A stretch of DNA of 63,740 nucleotides, the filler included, from Psammoneis japonica (taxonomy: Eukaryota): assembly GCA_008632985.1 (NCBI GenBank). It is 4 parts of 4 records of this genome, joined end to end, with 100 filler letters (N's around TTAATTAATTAA, not from the genome) between each part and the next. Parts side by side here need not be neighbours in the genome. Positions count along the whole stretch, not along the records: positions 55,157 to 63,740 come from QPGO01000540.1; 3 more parts are not named here. One strand, written 5' to 3'. A model generated the notes under the pieces. That model was not told the origin of the DNA and ran no database searches. It saw nothing but the letters and a program-made list of their open reading frames with translations. Made by a program: the position numbers and the translations under genes. This document shows positions 61,248 through 63,740 of this stretch, in pieces (the stretch's first letter is position 1; each line of letters starts with the position of its first letter).

Positions 61248-62456
61248 ACTGTGTGGCTGCATGCACTGCTTCTGCACCAAATTCTTGTGCCTTTGCATCA
61301 CACTTTGCTTCAAATTTTTCCTTTTCCTTGAGTGCTGCAGCTGCATTTGGTGATGGTGCTTGTGAAAAATCATTTGTTCTCACCCCACTTTAAAATCCGG
61401 GTTACTTTTGCCTGTTGACTCTCGCTTCGCTCGAGTCGAGTTAATCAAAACCCTCTGCCCACACCAGGTAAAAAAATGCCTGAATTTCTTGCGCAATCGG
61501 CCATTTCAAAGATTGACTGATTTGTCGACTTTTGTGGGACTCTTGAGTTAGTTACATACTAGCATTAAAATATTAGAGTCAAAGTTTGATGGATGTGGAG
61601 TTATCTAGTCTTTTGAAACGCAGAATTAGAGATAACAATGAAATGTTGACAACATTTCATAGCTCAAAATGACTAGTTCTATCTTAGAATAAAATAAAAT
61701 GGCTACTACACTTAGATATCACTAATGTTATTGTTCTACTTTACAATAATGAAACTATCACACTTGTATCTGAGCTTCTTTATCCTCACACACCCTCAAA
61801 ACCGAACACAGAACGATTCTCTTGTCGGCACCAAAATCTGGTGTTGTCGCGCGACCCAAAAGTGTCGTCCATAACGACTCAAAGTGCAGACGATACATTA
61901 TAAGAATCACAGTAACGTATCATAAAAACGCATATTGTTGTTCGTATTGAGCATCAAGTCAATAGAGCGGAGAGTTGCGGAGACTCCTGCGTCGCAATTT
62001 GAGAAAGAGAAAAAGAGGCATCAAAAATGTCATTAGTCAAAAGGCTATCCATAAGGCACAACAAACAGCAAAAATCAAAATTTCAACCACATCATCGTAT
62101 AAATCGTAGTCTTATTGACCTGTCTCGATATTTTTACCTTCTCAATCATGACAGCCGTCGGTGTAAGAATGGACGAGTTCATGGCGGTGACATGGTGCCA
62201 TTTTCGGTGTGGCGATTGTGTTCCGAGACCAGGGAGTCGCCTCAAATCTGTTGAAACTCGAATAATTGATATCTTTCTCGTTAATCAATACATATATTAA
62301 AATGACAATATGTATCATATACGTGTTCTTAATTTTCATAGATTTTAATTAGGCTAATGCTCAACACTTATACACAGATAACATATTCTGATTCTGTTTA
62401 TCCGTAATCCAGATTATTAATTAAAAAGAGTCATTTTCGCCAAAAATTGGCGATAG

Positions 62457-62550
62457 TTTCAACAAAAAACTGTTGAAACTTTGAAGTTTCAACAAAAAAA
62501 CTGTTGAAACTTTGAAACTTTGAGGAGTTTCACAGTCGTTGTTGAAACTA
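62457..62550. repeat. Short tandem/inverted repeat gtttcaacaaaaaactgttgaaactttgaa (2 copies plus partials)
   Basis: Seen directly; each unit contains inverted gtttcaac/gttgaaac. Confidence 0.75.
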
Positions 62551-62759
62551 TCTGACGTCACCAGGATGTCATCCCCATAATGTCTGAAACTTAATGACGT
62601 CACCGTCAATTCAGACGAATTGCTTGACGGGAGGTAGAAAATGCCGAAAACGCTGTCGCAATTTGAATTGGCACCACAAGCACCACTAAAGCTCGGCATG
62701 TTGGGACCTGCAGTAGAAGCTAACAGTAAAAATGAGACTAAACTCTGAAACTGCTAAAT

Positions 62760-63740
62760 TGATGACTGTCAACTGAGCCATTTTCAATCCGCTCTTGGCG
62801 GCGGTGGCGAGACAATCATCGCTCCAGTTGTTGTGACCACCCTTCACTGCCGTGTTGCCCGATTTCAGAGCAACCCTAAACACAACAGTGTCAGTGATCC
62901 TTTCATGCGTTTTGCCATGATGCACAAACGGTTTGCCCTCAACTGCAATCCAATGTGGCTTGAGAGAGCCATCCTCTTTCGAGTGGCAGCGGTTCGTGAG
63001 CTTGACGTGTGCTGGGAAGCGCAAGATGAACTGCCTGGTTCCACGACCAGCTTTGTCTTTGTCCTGAAGCTTGGTTGTCTGCTTTTCATGAGGCATTCCC
63101 ATCTGGTCGCATGCATTGCACCACACCTTTGCTCGCTGGTGAAAGAGTCCACACTCGTTGTGACAGAAATTGAAGGCAAATGGCAAGAATTCAAACAACA
63201 ACTCCTTGCTGCTGTCTAAATGGCAGATGAGTCTCTGCTCAGAGACCGTTGCAGGAGCCGAAAGACGTGCAAGTTGGCACAATCGGGCTGCTGTTGTCAT
63301 TCTTGTGAGCCGTGTGGCTCGAAAGCAAACTGCATCGTGCGCGCACGCGCGGAACTAAAGAGCACACAAAACTGTGCGCGGCAAACTGAACAGTGCGCGA
63401 CATCTCGCACGCACCTAATCCCATTCAAATCCTGTCACTCCCCAGTTTGCTTGAGGAGTCACAGAAACAGATTCAACTTCGGATGGATTGGATGCCTCCG
63501 GAGCAAAGTTCCAAAACATGAGAGGACGGAGAAGGTTCCAGATTTGGGAGCAACCCCAATGCTTGCTGAGAATGTCAGCAGGGTTGCGGGAGCCTTCGAT
63601 GAAGTGGAACTCAAGGTCACCAGAGGCAATTGCCTTGTGCACATGATGGAACAAGAGAGTGGTGTGTCGCTCATGTAACTTGGAGTGCGGGATGGTCGCA
63701 CTGTCCACAACCGACTTGTTGTCACCGAGCGTGCAACTGA
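62760..63740 (-). mobile_element. 3' part of a copia-like retrotransposon: RNase H end (~63480-63740) plus a downstream TA-depleted unknown ORF remnant
   Basis: LGDNKSVVDSATIPHSKLH.RH...FHHV..AIASG...FIEGSRNPADILSKHWG.SQIWNLLRPLMFW is a copia RNase H terminus. Confidence 0.8.

Noticed and set aside
62457..62550. CRISPR-like repeat (gtttcaac...gttgaaac)
   Set aside because: Only two adjacent units, no unique spacers, no cas genes, eukaryotic context.

Overview
Eukaryotic nuclear DNA, most likely a diatom: three genes carry signal peptide + 'AF' bipartite plastid-targeting presequences, introns are short GT-AG, and the retroelements resemble diatom copia and gypsy families. The window is four contigs joined by N-runs containing an artificial TTAATTAATTAA linker, and it contains indel sequencing errors. 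Host genes (5-oxoprolinase, FNR, phosphoglycolate phosphatase, a beta-helix protein, an ELWxxDGT protein, a triplicated membrane-anchored protein) alternate with blocks of decayed transposons: two gypsy, two copia fragments, a Crypton, a P-like transposase, and a TIR family with MITEs. The main signal is that repeat blocks have lost almost all TpA dinucleotides by TA->TG and TA->CA transitions, i.e. A:T->G:C at TpA on both strands. Paralog comparisons and conserved protein motifs show TA is the ancestral state. The process differs from CpG decay, runs opposite to fungal RIP, removes Tyr and TAA/TAG codons, and stops near host genes. It looks like a repeat-directed 'reverse-RIP' hypermutation system that I do not recognise from the literature; the enzyme is not visible here. 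A second candidate novelty is a 4.8-kb TIR transposon with GAC termini, 4-bp variable TSDs and a pogo-like DD39D transposase with a GIY-YIG-like C-terminal extension.
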